Origin: Octopus vulgaris
Lineage: Eukaryota
Reading direction: 5' to 3'
Assembly (NCBI GenBank): GCA_951406725.2
Contig: OX597818.1
Span: 77,314,001 to 77,378,000 of the forward strand
DNA length: 64,000 bases
Every line of letters starts with the position of its first letter. Positions within the stretch are counted from its first letter, which is position 1. The translations under genes were made by a program, and so were the position numbers. The notes beneath the pieces are model-generated. The model saw only the letters and a list, made by a program, of their open reading frames with translations. It did not search any database and was not told the origin of the DNA. Positions 1 to 12,899 of this stretch are shown one piece after another.

Positions 1-256
1 CAGCCTGATGAATTTGATGAATTGTGATGGAGAACGTTCTGCAAATTAAATTATATATTTTCAGTTGTAATATTTGGATTATAGAATATGAACTAATACA
101 ATAACTGATAGTGTTTTCTATGTTTTGATTTGTGTTCCTTTGTCAAACATCTTCAATCAGACAGAATAAGAGTTTACCCTTATCCTCCCCAAAAAACTTT
201 AAATTATCCCAAACAAAAAATAAAGTAAATAAAAGTTATTGCAATCACTACAGGTA

Positions 257-672
257 CAGGTGTGGCTGTGTGGTTGAGGAGTTAGCTTCCCAACCACATG
301 GTTTTAGGTTCAGTCCCAATGCATGGCACCTTGAACAAGTGTCTTCTACTATACCTCAGACCAACCAGAGCCTTGTGAGTGGATTATGTAGATGGAAACT
401 GAAAAAAGCCCATCACATGTATGTATGATTGTGTCTTCTCATCTTGACATTGTATAATAGTTGTAAATAAATGCCACTGTCATACAAACTGTGTTAAACA
501 TTCCCAATATTTTGCAAAATCTTTTCTGTCCATGGAAAAACATTACCTTACTTGGACACTGATGGGGGTTAGTGACAAGAAAGGCATCCCAGTATACAAA
601 ATGTGCCTCAATAATCTGTCAGGTCCATGCAAGTATGGACAAGTGAACTTTACAACAACATTGATGGTGATG
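257..672 (+). mobile_element. tRNA-derived SINE family A with an RTE-like (GAT)n tail
   Basis: ggctgtgtggtt..ggttcagtccc head, ggtagatggaaactgaaa body. Other copies at ~18188, 28549, 32719, 34535, 46585, 50935, 51511, 52474(+) and ~36510-36965, 40265-40670, 53590-54003(-). Confidence 0.8.
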
Positions 673-944
673 TTAACTCTTAAACACTCAAGGACAGTAA
701 TTACTTAGCCAGTAGTGGCTACTTAATTGACCAATAACTACATTTATTGGGTTACCATATGGATTTTCTACCAATTCCTTTTCTGCAATGGAACATAGTC
801 CCTTCCATAATGGCAGTAGAATCTATGCTAGGTTTACTTTGAGGTGATTTTGCTTCCAGGCTTGGCATTTCCTCTCAAATCCTCAATAATTTCAGTTGTG
901 AGAACTAGGTCATCAACATACAGGAATTCCTAGACCATTGGTCT

Positions 945-1156
945 AAACACTTTTGATACCAACCTGTCCAAGACTGCATCTAGTTCTATGATACACACTT
1001 CGTGTTTTTAAGTGATCTAAGTTAAATTCTTTCATCAAAATTTCATGTTAAGTTCCATAATGGCAAAGTTATTTTGATAAATTTTTCATTATTTTCAAAA
1101 TTAAAGGAAGCTAAGACAGCGTATTTCAAGAGAAATATGGTTACAAAAGGGTGAAA
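945..1156. mobile_element. piggyBac-type MITE, family 1 (decayed)
   Basis: Colinear similarity to 49512-49738 (tcaaaatttcatg, gtatttcaa.agaaatatgg). Confidence 0.65.
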
Positions 1157-1159
1157 GTC

Positions 1160-1451
1160 TCATGTTATGGACTGGAAACATAGGGAGTGGGTAAGAACTG
1201 GTAGACAGCAACCTGCAAGCTAGATTTCACACTGATCTTGTTAATTCACACCTGTACATGACTTGCTCGGCTGGAACATGCCATTCAACTAGCCCTGGTT
1301 TCTTTAGCAATCACCCAACTACTGAGTATGGGACTTTGCCAAAAGCCTTTTCTGGACCAACAAATGAAAAGCAAAGCGGCATACTCCTAGGTAAGTTCTT
1401 CTGAAATTATCTGATTAGGTAGGAAGACAGCATTAGTGGTACCTCATCCTT

Positions 1452-1452
<1 letters not shown>
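1160..1452 (-). mobile_element. Decayed RTE RT fragment; another at ~41400-41960(-)
   Basis: Minus-strand remnants GTTNAVF..KAFGKVP. Confidence 0.5.
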
Positions 1453-1495
<43 letters not shown>

Positions 1496-1684
1496 TACAT
1501 CACATCTCTTTACTTTTTCTGTTACATTCATAATATCGTCTGTCAATTTTTATGCCTCAGTAATTTCCTTTCTAATGCATCTCTTTTGTTCACAGTTCAC
1601 AATCATGCAACTTCATCAGACAGTGTACTATGTGATTTATGTCAATGACTTATGTTACCACCACATAAGTGAGGTATGAATGTA

Positions 1685-1945
1685 TCGGGGAATGTAGGTT
1701 ATTGAGCTTGTAAGGATCATAAAACAGTGACATTTGAAATTGTGTATTGTGTATGTAAGGATCATAGAAAAATGACATTTGACTGTGGGGCATGACTTAT
1801 TGGAGAATGTAGTTTATTGAATATGGAAGAAGCATTAAAACAGCAAAATGTGATCCTATTGGATAATGTAGGTTACTGTGTATGGAAGGATCATTAAGAC
1901 AGCAAGGTGTGTATTGGGTATGTAAGAATCATAAAACAGTGACAT
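1685..1945. repeat. Degenerate minisatellite, continuing more decayed at ~2640-3090
   Basis: Recurring gaatgtaggttattg / tatgtaaggatcataaaacagtgaca units. Confidence 0.6.
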
Positions 1946-2259
1946 AAAATTTTATCATGTAACTTCTCTCATTCCACCACCTGTGTAACAAGGCAGGTAT
2001 TAGATCTACCAAACCTGTTGAGTGCTGGTGCTACAATAAAAGGAATCCCGTACAGTGTGAAGTGGTTGGTATTAGGAAATGGCACTAAACCATAGAACCA
2101 TGCCAAAAATATAATGTGTGAGCAGTGTGACCCAGAACCATTTTGAAGGTCAACAACTGTACAAAGGAACTGATTAAAACTGTGATGATTTGTCCAACCC
2201 ATGTTAACTTGGAAAAGCAAACATGAGATGATGATGACAATAATGATAATGATGTGACA

Positions 2260-2604
2260 GGGTAAAAGGGTAAAGACCCCCTTCAGTCATGACTGACCAT
2301 GGGATTGCACCTAGAAAATTCCTCTCCAAGGTACAAGTCTGGGCAAGGTTTTTTATGGAAGACCAGCAGTTGCCCAGGCATACCAGCCTCCCCTCTCCAT
2401 GTCACTGATGTTATCCAAAGGAAAGGCAAAGGCTGATGTAACTTGGCACCAGTGACATTACAACTCATTTCTACAGCTGAGTCAACTGGAGCAACGTGAA
2501 ATAAAGTGTCTTGCTTAAGAACACAACACTCAGACTGGTTCAGGAATTGAACTCACTACCTCATGATTGTAAGTCTGATGCTCTAACCTCTGAGCCATGT
2601 GCTC
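2260..2604 (-). mobile_element. tRNA-derived SINE family C; related heads at ~3117-3295(+) and ~38945-39262(+)
   Basis: Minus strand tggctcagaggttagagc..gagttcaattcc, then caagacactttatttcacgttgctccagt core. Confidence 0.78.
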
Positions 2605-4129
2605 ACATATTATAATGATACGATAAAACTAAATTAAAGAAATGATTGTTATTGTGAGTATGGTGATTATTAAGGCAGTAAGTTAAAAGAAACAGTGTTG
2701 AAAATGTAAAAAATTCTATGTTTGTGTGTGTGTGTTGAGCATTAAGACAGTGTGCTATGTTGTGTATATAATGATGATTGAAACGTTAATGTATATTTGT
2801 ATGTACTGGAAAATGAAGGTTATTCTGTTTTCTGATCAGTGAGGCAGTAAGATAAGGCTATATTTAAGAATGTAGGTAATTATCTAAGGTGATGACATCT
2901 GAGACAATGTCATACAAACAGTTACAGAATAAAGGTTACTGTGTGACAGGTTATCAGTTACACACTGTGAGGTATGACTTCATTAACGAATGTATGATGA
3001 TGATTAAAATACTATAGTATCATTATCCTGGAGAAATTATGCTGTGAGTGAAGAATGTCAAATGTATAAAAGGAATGTCGAGCATTTGAAATTGTTGGAA
3101 GCAGTGGCAGTGAAATTGCATGGCCTAGTGGTTAGGGTGTTGCACACTCAATTGCAAGATTATGGTTTCAATTTCTGAACTGGGTGGTGTGTCGTGTTCT
3201 TAAGCAAAACACTTCATTTCACACTGCTCCAGTCCAATCAGCTGTAAATGAATAACCCTGCAATGCACTGGTGTTTTGTTCAGGGGGAATGTTGTGAGTT
3301 TGGTCGTTTATCGTCATCATTTATTTAATGTCTGTTAGCCATGCTAGCATGGGTTGGATGGTCTGAGAGGAGCTGGCAAACCAGAGGACTATGCTGAACT
3401 CTACTATCAACTTTGGGATGGTCTCTATGGCTTATGCTCTTCCTAATGCCAACCTCCTTGATTATGATGAAGATGAGGAGGATGAGGATGAAGGTGTGAC
3501 AGGAACAGAGCTAGAAAGACAGTGAGTTAAGTGGTGAAGACTGAATTCAAGAAATTGAACTTCATGAAGGAGCTGTTAAAGAACTATGATGAGTGGTGAT
3601 TCACAGGAAAAGATCCATGCACCAGGGGGAGCATAGTTAAATGGTTGTTGAAATAGCGGTAGTGGTAAAGGATAGGATGTATACTATGTATATGGGGGAT
3701 CTTATGCCCATTATATTCCTGATTGTCTCCATCAATTGGAGAATGTAAGCTACTGTATATGTTATTATTTGGGGGTTCAGTTGATACCTGTGTATGTGGG
3801 TATTTTGAAAATACCTCAAGGAGTGATGACCATGTCCTGTATAGTTACAGGCTGCCCTTTGGCAAGATAAAGCACTCATTCAGGGATATGGCAAAGTTAT
3901 GTGACTGCAGTATGGTGAACTCAATTGAGCCAACAGTGCTTCTTACATTCATGCTGAGCAGAGGAATCCTAGAAAATCAATGGTCAGGATCACCAAGACC
4001 TATCAAGATATTATCTGAAATGCCTCCATGGTTGTGTAATCAGCTAATGAAAGATTCACTATGACTCAAGCTCCCAATTAAAATTCAAAATAGAATTGGA
4101 CAGCGACAAAGAATCATGGGAATCTGTGA

Positions 4130-4770
4130 AAGTAGAGAAAAAAAATGTTGATACCAGCAACAACCATACTTGACTGACCTCCAGAAGGATGAAAGGTAAA
4201 ACTGACCTTGATAGAATTCAAATTCAGAACATAAAAAGCAGGAAGAAATACTGTGAAGAATTTTGTTCAACTGCAGTAATGGTTCTGCTGGCTCACCATC
4301 TAAATAAATGATGGTTTCAAATTTGGCATAAGGACAGCAATTTTAGGGGAAGGGGATAAGTTTATTACATCAGTCTCAATGTTCAATTGGTACATATTTT
4401 ATTGACCCCAGACAGATGAAAAGCAAAGCTGACCTTGGTAAGATTTGAATGGAAAATATAAGAGACGGAAGAAATGCTGTTAAGCATTTTGCCAGCATGT
4501 TAACAATTCTACCAGCTTGCTACCATAATAAATGACAATGATAATTCCTTCATTTAATAATAATTGTTTCTAATTTAGAAATAAGGCCAACAAATTTGAG
4601 GGGAGGGGCTTAGTCAACACCACTGGTCCCAGTACTTGACTGGCACTTTAATTTATCAAACCATAAAAGGATGAAAGGCACAGTTAACCTCAACTGAATT
4701 TGAACTTGTAAAGAACAGGAAGTAATACAGAAAAGCATTTTTTCTAATGTTCTGATGATTCTGCCAATCT
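4130..4770 (-). mobile_element. Three tandem decayed SINE-B copies
   Basis: Repeated ggatgaaaggcaaagt.gacct..gaatttgaactcagaa blocks separated by AAT-rich spacers. Confidence 0.7.
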
Positions 4771-4852
4771 GGAATTTAAAGGTTGAGCATTGTAACGATT
4801 TAGAATTCAAAACAAAAGTTTGCAATTTCAAACTGAGGAAGCGTTAACTTAC

Positions 4853-4934
4853 CTTAACTACACTAATGGGTTTCCTTGAAAGATGATATGATGAATAGCA
4901 TAAAAAAGTAGATACCATAATGAAGAGTTTATAT
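4853..4934 (-). CDS. SLC37A2: Coding exon 2 of SLC37A1/2-like sugar-phosphate exchanger (TM1)
   Basis: tctttgcag|82 nt|gtaagt. Translates YKLFIMVSTFLCYSSYHLSRKPISVVK, matching the family hallmark TFLxYxxYHxSRKPISxVK. Further exons were not found and probably lie left of the window. The A1-versus-A2 assignment is not resolvable. Confidence 0.92.
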
Positions 4935-5817
4935 CTGCAAAGAACAACATTATCATTAGATTTTGGTTTATAATGTGAGTGTGTGTTTGTATATCTATAT
5001 TTATATATGAAAATCGTGATTATAAGATGACAGTTCTTTTAGAGAGACACCTGATAAAATTTCATCTTTTAATCATCTTCAGTTGGTTGTTAATTCTTTT
5101 TTAACAAATTAGATATTAGGATTTCCTTACCGTCTGGTTTATGTGTTACAGTTTTGCCCCTGCAACCTCCACCCTCTATCTTTTCTTCATTCCATTCGCT
5201 CTAATAAAAGACTGGAGATGGCAACGGAACTTCTATGTAATTTCTTTGCCAACTCAATGTATCAGCCAAAATTCACACAACAAACTACCATGTGGTCCCT
5301 TAAAATAGGGAGCACATGTTTTAAATATTAAATCTCAGAACAAGATACCTCAATTCAGACAGTCCCAGCAAGAAATACAGACAGCTCCAGCTACTTTGTT
5401 CAATCAGCTAACCCCATATGCATAACTTGCAAAAATTATTTAACATCAAACAACTTACTTGTTTTTTCAAATGTAATACTTTACTCCCAAAAGTAGTATT
5501 GAGATTGCTAACCTCTTATTCACAGTTTCATTTCAAACAGAACTATAGCGATGAAATATTCAAAATTGAATGCTAAAAAATATTTCAGATCAAATATTTT
5601 AAATGTACAAATATAATATGGGTTAAATGGTTTCATTTGATCATAGTTCGTAGTAATACTTTCCTTAAACTTAGGATTAACATATCTCGATTTTAAAGGG
5701 AGTAGAACTTTGTTGAAAGACAGTTGGTTACATTGAACTGGTTGTGCAACTTGCATGATGACTTAACCAAATTTAAGGTTTCACAACTAGGAAGACTATC
5801 CAGACAGAATATCAGCT

Positions 5818-5911
5818 TTAACCCTTTTGATACCATCTCATCTGAAATAGCCCATAGTTTGAACTTTAAAGAGGCCGAATAGTTTGGCTGATTTAAATAC
5901 TAAAGGGTTAA
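5818..5911. mobile_element. 94 bp TTAA MITE with a family-1-like left end and a family-2-like right end
   Basis: ttaacccttttgatacc ... gctgatttaaatactaaagggttaa. Confidence 0.55.
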
Positions 5912-6537
5912 TATAAGCAAGGAATTTGGTAGGGGGAAATCAATAAACAGGTCTGTATTTTGAAAGAGAATAATGATTTTTAATTCAAACAATTTTGCTG
6001 ATATAGATTTTTTTCAAACAAAGGGACAGGTGTGCATATCATTAAAAATAAAAATAATCTGTCCTCTCTGGTTGCTAGCTGTTCTCATTTGCCTAACATT
6101 AATATTTTACATATATATTTGATAAAGATATCAATAAGGTGTAATTCTGTCATTTTGTGCCATTTCTTGAAAGGGGGGAAATTATGTCTATAATTTGAAG
6201 AGGTCCTCCTAAAAAGAACAAAATATAAATGGAATAAGACTTAAAATTTCATATCACATTATATTTTGTGAGCAAAAGGCCAAGCAGAAAAAAAATTTCC
6301 AGTAGAGAGTTTTAATGTGAGTTGTCAGTAATGAAATGATGGGAGAAAAGGAGATGTTTATGATTATGTTGATCTACAATGAATAAATAAAAATAAAGAT
6401 AGTTTTCATCAACAGCCAATTAGTGGGAAAAAAAACTCTTCAGATTGAACATGTGTAAGAAATTACAATGGACACTGTTTGTAGAATTAACCTTTCTATA
6501 ACCATATTTCTAATAAATTATATGGTTCACGTATTTC

Positions 6538-7022
6538 ATTATTTACATGATTTACATTTGACAGATATTTGTCCTCATCTTGTTTGTTGTTAACACGTTT
6601 CAGCTGATATACTCTCCAGCCTTCATCAGGTGTCTTGGGGAAATTTTGAACCTGGTTTCTCATTCCTAAGGTATTTTTCAATGTTATTATTATTCAGGTC
6701 ACTGCCTGGAATCGAACTCAGAATCTTGAGGTTAGTAGCCCATGCTCTTAACCACTATGCTATATGTCTGGGCATATGGTGTAGTGGTTAAGATTCCAAG
6801 TTTGATACCAGGCAATGGTCTGAATAATAGTAATAATAATAAAAATAACATTGAAAAATACCTTAGGAATGAGAACCCAGGTTTGAAATTTCCCCAAGGC
6901 ACCTGATGAAGGCTGTAGAGTATATCAGCCAAAACGTTGTGTTAACAACAAACAAGATGAGGGCAAATATCCGTCTAATGTAAATAATGTACATAATTCC
7001 TCATCTCTCAAATATAGAACTG
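6538..7022. mobile_element. Head-to-head palindromic pair of a tRNA-headed element with a hammerhead-type tail
   Basis: Arms 6538-~6768 and ~6770-6997 are reverse complements. Each has A/B-box-like motifs, an (AAT)n spacer and CTGATGA-stem-(G)AAAC. Confidence 0.85.
6898..6943 (+). ncRNA. Minimal type I hammerhead ribozyme-like motif (degenerate); mirror copy on minus strand ~6592-6634
   Basis: ggcac CTGATGA a ggctg..cagcc aAAACGTT gtgtt. The mirror copy keeps GAAAC. Confidence 0.6.
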
Positions 7023-7108
7023 TATCACATATTTCAATTGTTTTTTTTTTAATGGCCTAAAATTTAAATATATTTTATAAAACAACAAACTTTTTTTTTT
7101 ATTTAGTT

Positions 7109-7441
7109 AAATGGTTCTCAACTGGAATTCATATGACTCCTGGTGGTCCATGTAAGACTTTTGGAGGTTCATGCAAGTAAAATAGTAAATTGAGGATCCA
7201 CAGTAAGGGTCCATGAAAATATTTTGCTTTAGATGTATTTATTGCAAGAAACAGCTAAGTTTCTTTCTCTAACGCTTTACGTAGTTCAACCTATACAAGG
7301 TAATGTGTGAAAAACAAAATAGGAAATTTTGTAAGAAGCTTCTATAAAACTAGTTTTTAAACATCAAATGACTATGGAGGTCCACCAGAACAGAATAGTA
7401 ATCAAAGGGGTCCACAGGCAAAAAATGGTTGAGAACCACTG
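7109..7441. mobile_element. hAT (Charlie-like) MITE
   Basis: Termini (a)aatggttctcaac / gttgagaaccactg. Exact 8 bp TSD ATTTAGTT at 7101-08 and 7442-49. Confidence 0.88.
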
Positions 7442-7844
7442 ATTTAGTTGGTGATTGTAACATTTAATAAACGTTTTTTTAAATGAAATTTTCATTGAAG
7501 GTTTTAATTAACATATAGCTCTTTAAGATGTGAGGTTTTATGTGCTAAAACCAGAAGTGGTGTCAGACAAGTTAGTATTAAAGGGGCTGATATAAATCCT
7601 AAGAAATATATTATTCTTCATTTGTTCTGATAATTCTCATATTTGAAATTAAGTTTACCTCTTTTAAAAACTATCACAGTTTTTCTGTAGCTCTGGTTAA
7701 ACAAATATTCAAATTTAAACAGCTATTTGTATGCTTAACTCTTTTGTTAGCATATTTCTGTAAAACAAGAAGGTTTTTCTTTCTTTGAAAATAATGAAGG
7801 ATTTAGTAAAATAACTGCTATTATTAAGCTGGTGTTTGGAACAT

Positions 7845-8090
7845 ACCTGGGCTTTACTCTCATTCAACACAACAGCTGAAGGTTGGCAGAAGCCTCATAG
7901 CTGGCCTTGAACCAGATGGCTGGACATGATTGGGGAAGACCTCCAGAGGCTGAACATCACTTTGGAGGATACAGAGGGGCTGGCACAGGAGTGTCAGTGA
8001 TGGAGAGCATTGATGGACCTGGTCGGCTCTATGCATGATGATGTCTCTGGGACCACTAACCTGAGATGACTTAAGCCCCATCAAGGAAGA
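7845..8090 (+). mobile_element. 3' end of an RTE-clade LINE
   Basis: RWLDMIGEDLQRLNITLEDTEGLAQ..WRALM C-terminal signature. Confidence 0.65.
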
Positions 8091-9825
8091 GCAAGCAGCA
8101 GCATCAGAATATTGAGGTTTTATATAGGTAGCTGATGGTCCGGCACTTTCTTTAATCTGGATAAATTATAGGGAAACTTGAAATTCTTGTGACTGCCAGT
8201 CTAGTTCAGTGTGCACCCAAATGTGGCACTATGTGTACTCTGTGTTTACATGCATTATTTACATTGTACTAGTTAGTGGCAGCATTTGTTACTTTTAAGA
8301 GTTCCTCTGCTTATTTAACTTAAAGTTACCCAAAGCTATGGCTACTACAAGTAAGAGAAATGAGAGCATCTGTGGTTGTGTCAGATGTAAACTACAAATG
8401 TTTAAAGAAGAATGTGCAAAACAAAAAAAAAAGCTCTTAATTCAGGAACCACAGAGCAAGATATCAAGAGTTGAAGAATTTAAATTACAGACCTCACTAG
8501 TGTTGATGTCATGAAAAGAAGGCACCCAGCACACGGTGAAAAGTGACTGGCATTCAGAAAGGCACCTAGCCATCAAAGCTGTACCTAAGCTGACATTGGA
8601 ACTCGATGTAGTCCTAGGGTTGTGGGATCCTGTCAAACTGTTCAGCCCATGTCAGCATCAAGACAAGCATTAAATAATGATGATGTATCTAAATGAACAG
8701 ATACAGAAATAACATTCTCTCATCTCTGACAACCTGTAGCTCACTTATATATGTTATTAATAACAAAGCAGATAAAGTGAGATTTTCTTACAGTTTTAAT
8801 AGATTTAAATCCCAGTACAAAGTCTTTATCAAGCCATAGACTTCAAAAATATTTCAGTTTTTCCATTAAAAACAGTTTCAGCTGCTTAAGGTTTGTAACA
8901 CACATTATACACACACACACTCTCACATATGGCACCTTGATGTACACCACAGCAAAATTATTAATGCTTCCCCCACCCAACTGAAGAGGTTTTTGTCTTG
9001 AAGAGCCCTCATGCTGGTCCATGTAAAAAATACCTGTGCTGGTGCCTTGTGAAAAGGCACCCAACATACTCAGTAAAGTAGTTGGCATTAGGAATGACAT
9101 CCAGCCATGGAAACCAAACCAAATCAGGCTGGAACTTGGTATAGCTCTCCAGCTTGTCAGCTCTGGTTAAACTGTCCAACCCACACTAGCATGGAAAGTG
9201 GACGTTAAATGATGATGAAGATATAAATAGATATACATATATATCATCATCATCATTTAATGTCTGTTTTCCATGCTGACATAGGTTGGATGGTTTGATG
9301 GGGCCTGGCTAAGCAGAAGACTGCACCAGGCTTCACTGTCTGTCTTGGCAGGGTTTTTATGGTTGAATGTCCTTCCTAACATCAACCACATTACATATAT
9401 ATGCATATATAAATACACACACACACACATATGAATGAGCAGCAGAGATAGAGTAGGGTTAAGCACATCTAATGAATTTGTTTGAAATATTCCTGATGAA
9501 TAAATAAGTATGAAGAGGTGGTTTTTACATCGACTGGATTACTACATTAAATGTGTAGTTTAAGTTCAGGAAAATGAGCAGTAAAACCAAGTAAAAATGG
9601 TGTGGTTGAATTTAGAGACATGATTTTATTGTAGTCAAAATAGTGGCAGAGGAAGAACAGAGATCAATAATAGTTCAAAGAAGTGAAAATACATTCACAA
9701 GGAAAGGCTTCTGTATGTTGACTATGACTTTAATAGTGAGCACTATTAACAACAAATACAAGTGAAATAATGTCACTAAAAAAGAAGAGCAAAGAGTAAA
9801 GGAAATAAATCAATAATAATAATAA

Positions 9826-10040
9826 TCCTTTCTACTATAGGCACAAGGCCTGAAATTCTGCGGGAGGGGACTAGTTGATTACATTGACCCCAGTGTTTGA
9901 CTGGTACTTATTTTATTGATCTCAAAAGGATGAAAGACAAAATTAACCTCACCGAAATTTGAACTCAGAACGTTGTGATGTGCGAAATACCACTAAGCAT
10001 TTTGCCCGGTGTGCTAACAATTCTGTCAGCTCACTACCTT
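9826..10040 (-). mobile_element. SINE family B in (AAT)n
   Basis: Family sequence with AAT repeats on both sides. Confidence 0.8.
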
Positions 10041-10066
10041 AATAATAATAATGATGATGATGATGA

Positions 10067-10256
10067 TTTCATTTATTTGCTACCAGGGTGAAGGATGAGG
10101 GGACAATACAATGACAGAAATAAAGTGTGGGGGTTTACATATAATGAAATAAGATAATTATATATATAAAAAAAAGAGAAATGTAAGAATAATGGAAAGA
10201 GAAGGACTTATACAGAGGTTTAAAAAAAGGGGGAGGGGATGATAGAGATGTAGCCC
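10067..10256 (-). mobile_element. 3' UTR stub of a related Tx1/L1-like element
   Basis: The minus strand ends ...ccctggtagcaaataaatgaaatc into (ATC/ATT)n, with the same layout as 12013-12130. Confidence 0.4.
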
Positions 10257-10269
10257 TAATAATAATACT

Positions 10270-10803
10270 AATGCAGTACTAGACAGTGACTCTCATGGGT
10301 TCTTAAATGATGGGAAGTGTTAACATGTACATGTTTTGTCTTGGTGTGAAAGATGGGCTATAGCAAATATTCTGCTTAATACCACAGATTTGCTAATCAG
10401 TTGCTTGACCATAACCAGTTAAGTATGTCCCTTGGTGGCTGATGATATGCACATCTCTAATCATGAACAAGAGTAGTTGGGGAGTATCATAACCATGCAC
10501 TGAAAGAAATTCTTTGGAGTTTGAATAATTCATTTCTGGAAATATGGGTGTTTTGTTCATCATCCTTAAATATCCCTTATTCAGGGATTTGAGCAGGATG
10601 GGCTACTTGTCCTGAATAAAATTCTAACTGGGTTCCACCTGTAAGGTCATGTGCTGTTTATCTTGATATGAAATCACCATGTTGTGCATATATGGTTGTG
10701 ATGCATGTACTTGGTGTACTCTTATCAGACATGTAGTCATGATGGGCTTCATACACTTGTAACCTAGTGTCACTTTAATTGTTTGTACTTCTCCCTCAAC
10801 TCA
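10270..10803. mobile_element. ~530 bp unclassified non-coding interspersed element bounded by AAT repeats
   Basis: Higher-complexity block flanked by taataataat and aataacaataat. No ORF. Confidence 0.45.
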
Positions 10804-11086
10804 ACAATAACAATAATTTCTAATTTTGGCACAAAGTCAGTGATCTTTCAAGAATGTGGTTAGTTGATTATCTCAACCACAGTGATCAACTGGTACTAAT
10901 AATCAATAACATTTGTTGCAAGCAAAATTTCACACTATAAGGCCCCAAAAATGTAACCTTTTTAGATGGATAGGTTGTGGAGCCATCTAATGTGACTACT
11001 CAGAAGGCTATAATATCATTTGACAGGAACATGGTATAAAGAAATACATGGAACAAAGTGGTAACTTTAAATATCTTTAATGTGGC

Positions 11087-11130
<44 letters not shown>

Positions 11131-11534
11131 AGCTGAATGATAAGTGGAGATGGTTTGATGCGTGGAGGCCATGGTCTTCTCCTGTGCATTGCTTCCTATC
11201 TACTCACTGGCGTGTGGTGTGAGAGAGAGACTAGATCACGTTTTTACTGTCTGACATCTTGGCAAGAAAAAAGAAAAGAGATGAATCTCTGAACCTTAAT
11301 GTTCCTTAATGCTCTCTATGTGCCAGTTTGTTTAAACCCGCCGTCAAGGGAGGTAACTGCACCTACACCTTAATCTATTTCAGAATAAATTTAAAAAAGC
11401 TTGTATTAATTAGATTTATAATCAATACAGTTTCAGAATGTAGAGGTATGTTACTAAATACTGCAAGTATTTACATCATCACAACCAGTTCTGTGTATAC
11501 ACTGTCCTTTTAATAATAATAATAACTATTATTA

Positions 11535-11990
11535 TTCTTTCTAATTCTGACACAAGGCGAGCAATTTTAGAGAGAAGGAATTATTCAGTTACACCAGCCC
11601 TAGTGTTTTTGATTGGTGATTGGAGCTTTATTTTATTGCTCCTGAAAACATGAAAGACAAAGTTGATCTTGGAGGGATTTGAACGCAAAACATAAAGAGT
11701 TGGAAAAAATGCAACCAAGCTTTTTCTCCTATATGCTAACAATTCAGACAGCTCACTGTCTTAATAGTAATAATCCCTTCTACTCTAGGCACAAGGCCTG
11801 AAATTTTGGGGTAGGGGGCTAGTGGATTACATCGACCCCAGTGTGTAACTGGTAATTATTTCATCAACCCTGAAAAAACGAAAGGTAAAGATGACCTTGG
11901 CAGAATTTGAACTCAGAATGTAAGGATGGATGAAATGCCACTAAGCATTTTGCCTGGCATGCTAATGATTCTGCCAGCTTGTCACCTTAA
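11535..11990 (-). mobile_element. Two tandem SINE-B copies in (AAT)n
   Basis: Family sequence twice, with AAT spacers. Confidence 0.8.
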
Positions 11991-12012
11991 ATAATAATAA
12001 TAATATAACAAT

Positions 12013-12652
12013 ATTTTCTTTATTAACCACAACGGGTTCACAAAAAACGTTGGAGATAGTACACGACAATATAATGTGTGGTTACATAAAAGGCATGTAA
12101 AAAGTTTATAAAGAAAAACAGTAGCAATATAAAATAATGATAATGAATAATTCTTCAAAAGAGGGAAACTTTCTAGGGTTGCTTATGAAGACCCTACAAA
12201 AATCATGGTTGCCTTGATCACTAGGACAAGTGCCTTCTCCACATTGCCCTTCTTCAACTCACAAGTGCATGCTTAGAGTAGACTTGTTTACTTGGACTAT
12301 TCTTGCAACATTCACCCACCTTTTAAGAAGATTGCTGGGAGGTAGCACTTCCCTCTCCACCCCACTTTTCCTTTCCAAGTGAAACTTGAAAAAGTTGATG
12401 ACATCTAGGCCAAAAAGGAAAGCATCTGTCTTCAGTCCTTTCAATGTGGTCCATCACACAACCGCTTTCACTAAGGCTATCAAGCAAAAAAAAGACAGCC
12501 TGCCCATCTCAGCCAAAGGAAGGTGGTGGAACTATTTTCACAATGGACTTAACATGATAGCTAGATCTGTCCTACAAGTGACAGCAAGCATTTGACATAA
12601 ACCCACAAGTCAGAAATGCATGGGAACTGGACAAGAGTGTGCAGAACAGTTT
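12013..12652 (-). mobile_element. Decayed 3' fragment of an L1/Tx1-like LINE
   Basis: Minus strand TVLHTLVQFPCISDLW (C-terminal zinc-knuckle remnant)...LKGLKTD..INFFKFHL..RWVNVAR, then a T-rich 3' UTR ending AATAAAGAAAAT into (ATT)n. Confidence 0.65.
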
Positions 12653-12661
12653 AATAATAAT

Positions 12662-12860
12662 AAAACTGCTCTTTTGGGGACAGCAAAGATTTTGAGATGG
12701 CACTTGGGTGTTAAGTATCTTCCATGATACTTAACATCTCGCTACCAAGTCTTATAATTTGTGGAAAAAGACCCTGAGAGACCTTTGAAAAGAGCTCGCT
12801 GTTTGCTCTCAAGGAATTAACAACAGCAAGTAAGGTCGAGAGCTCTAAGAAATAAAAATT
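12662..12860 (+). mobile_element. 3'-terminal stub of a second R4/Dong family
   Basis: Encodes KTALLGTAKILRWHLGVKYLP*, a typical R4/Dong C-terminus. Flanked by AAT repeats on both sides. Its 3' UTR differs from the 13.1 kb copy. Confidence 0.75.
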
Positions 12861-12899
12861 AATGATGATGATAATAATAATAATAATAATAATAATAAT

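Noticed and set aside
1685-1945. CRISPR-like repeat/spacer array (also 61245-61372)
   Set aside because: Units are degenerate and irregular, the context is eukaryotic, and there are no cas genes.
6700-6815. Genuine tRNA genes at SINE heads
   Set aside because: Acceptor stems do not pair and the heads run into repeat bodies, so they are tRNA-derived rather than tRNAs.
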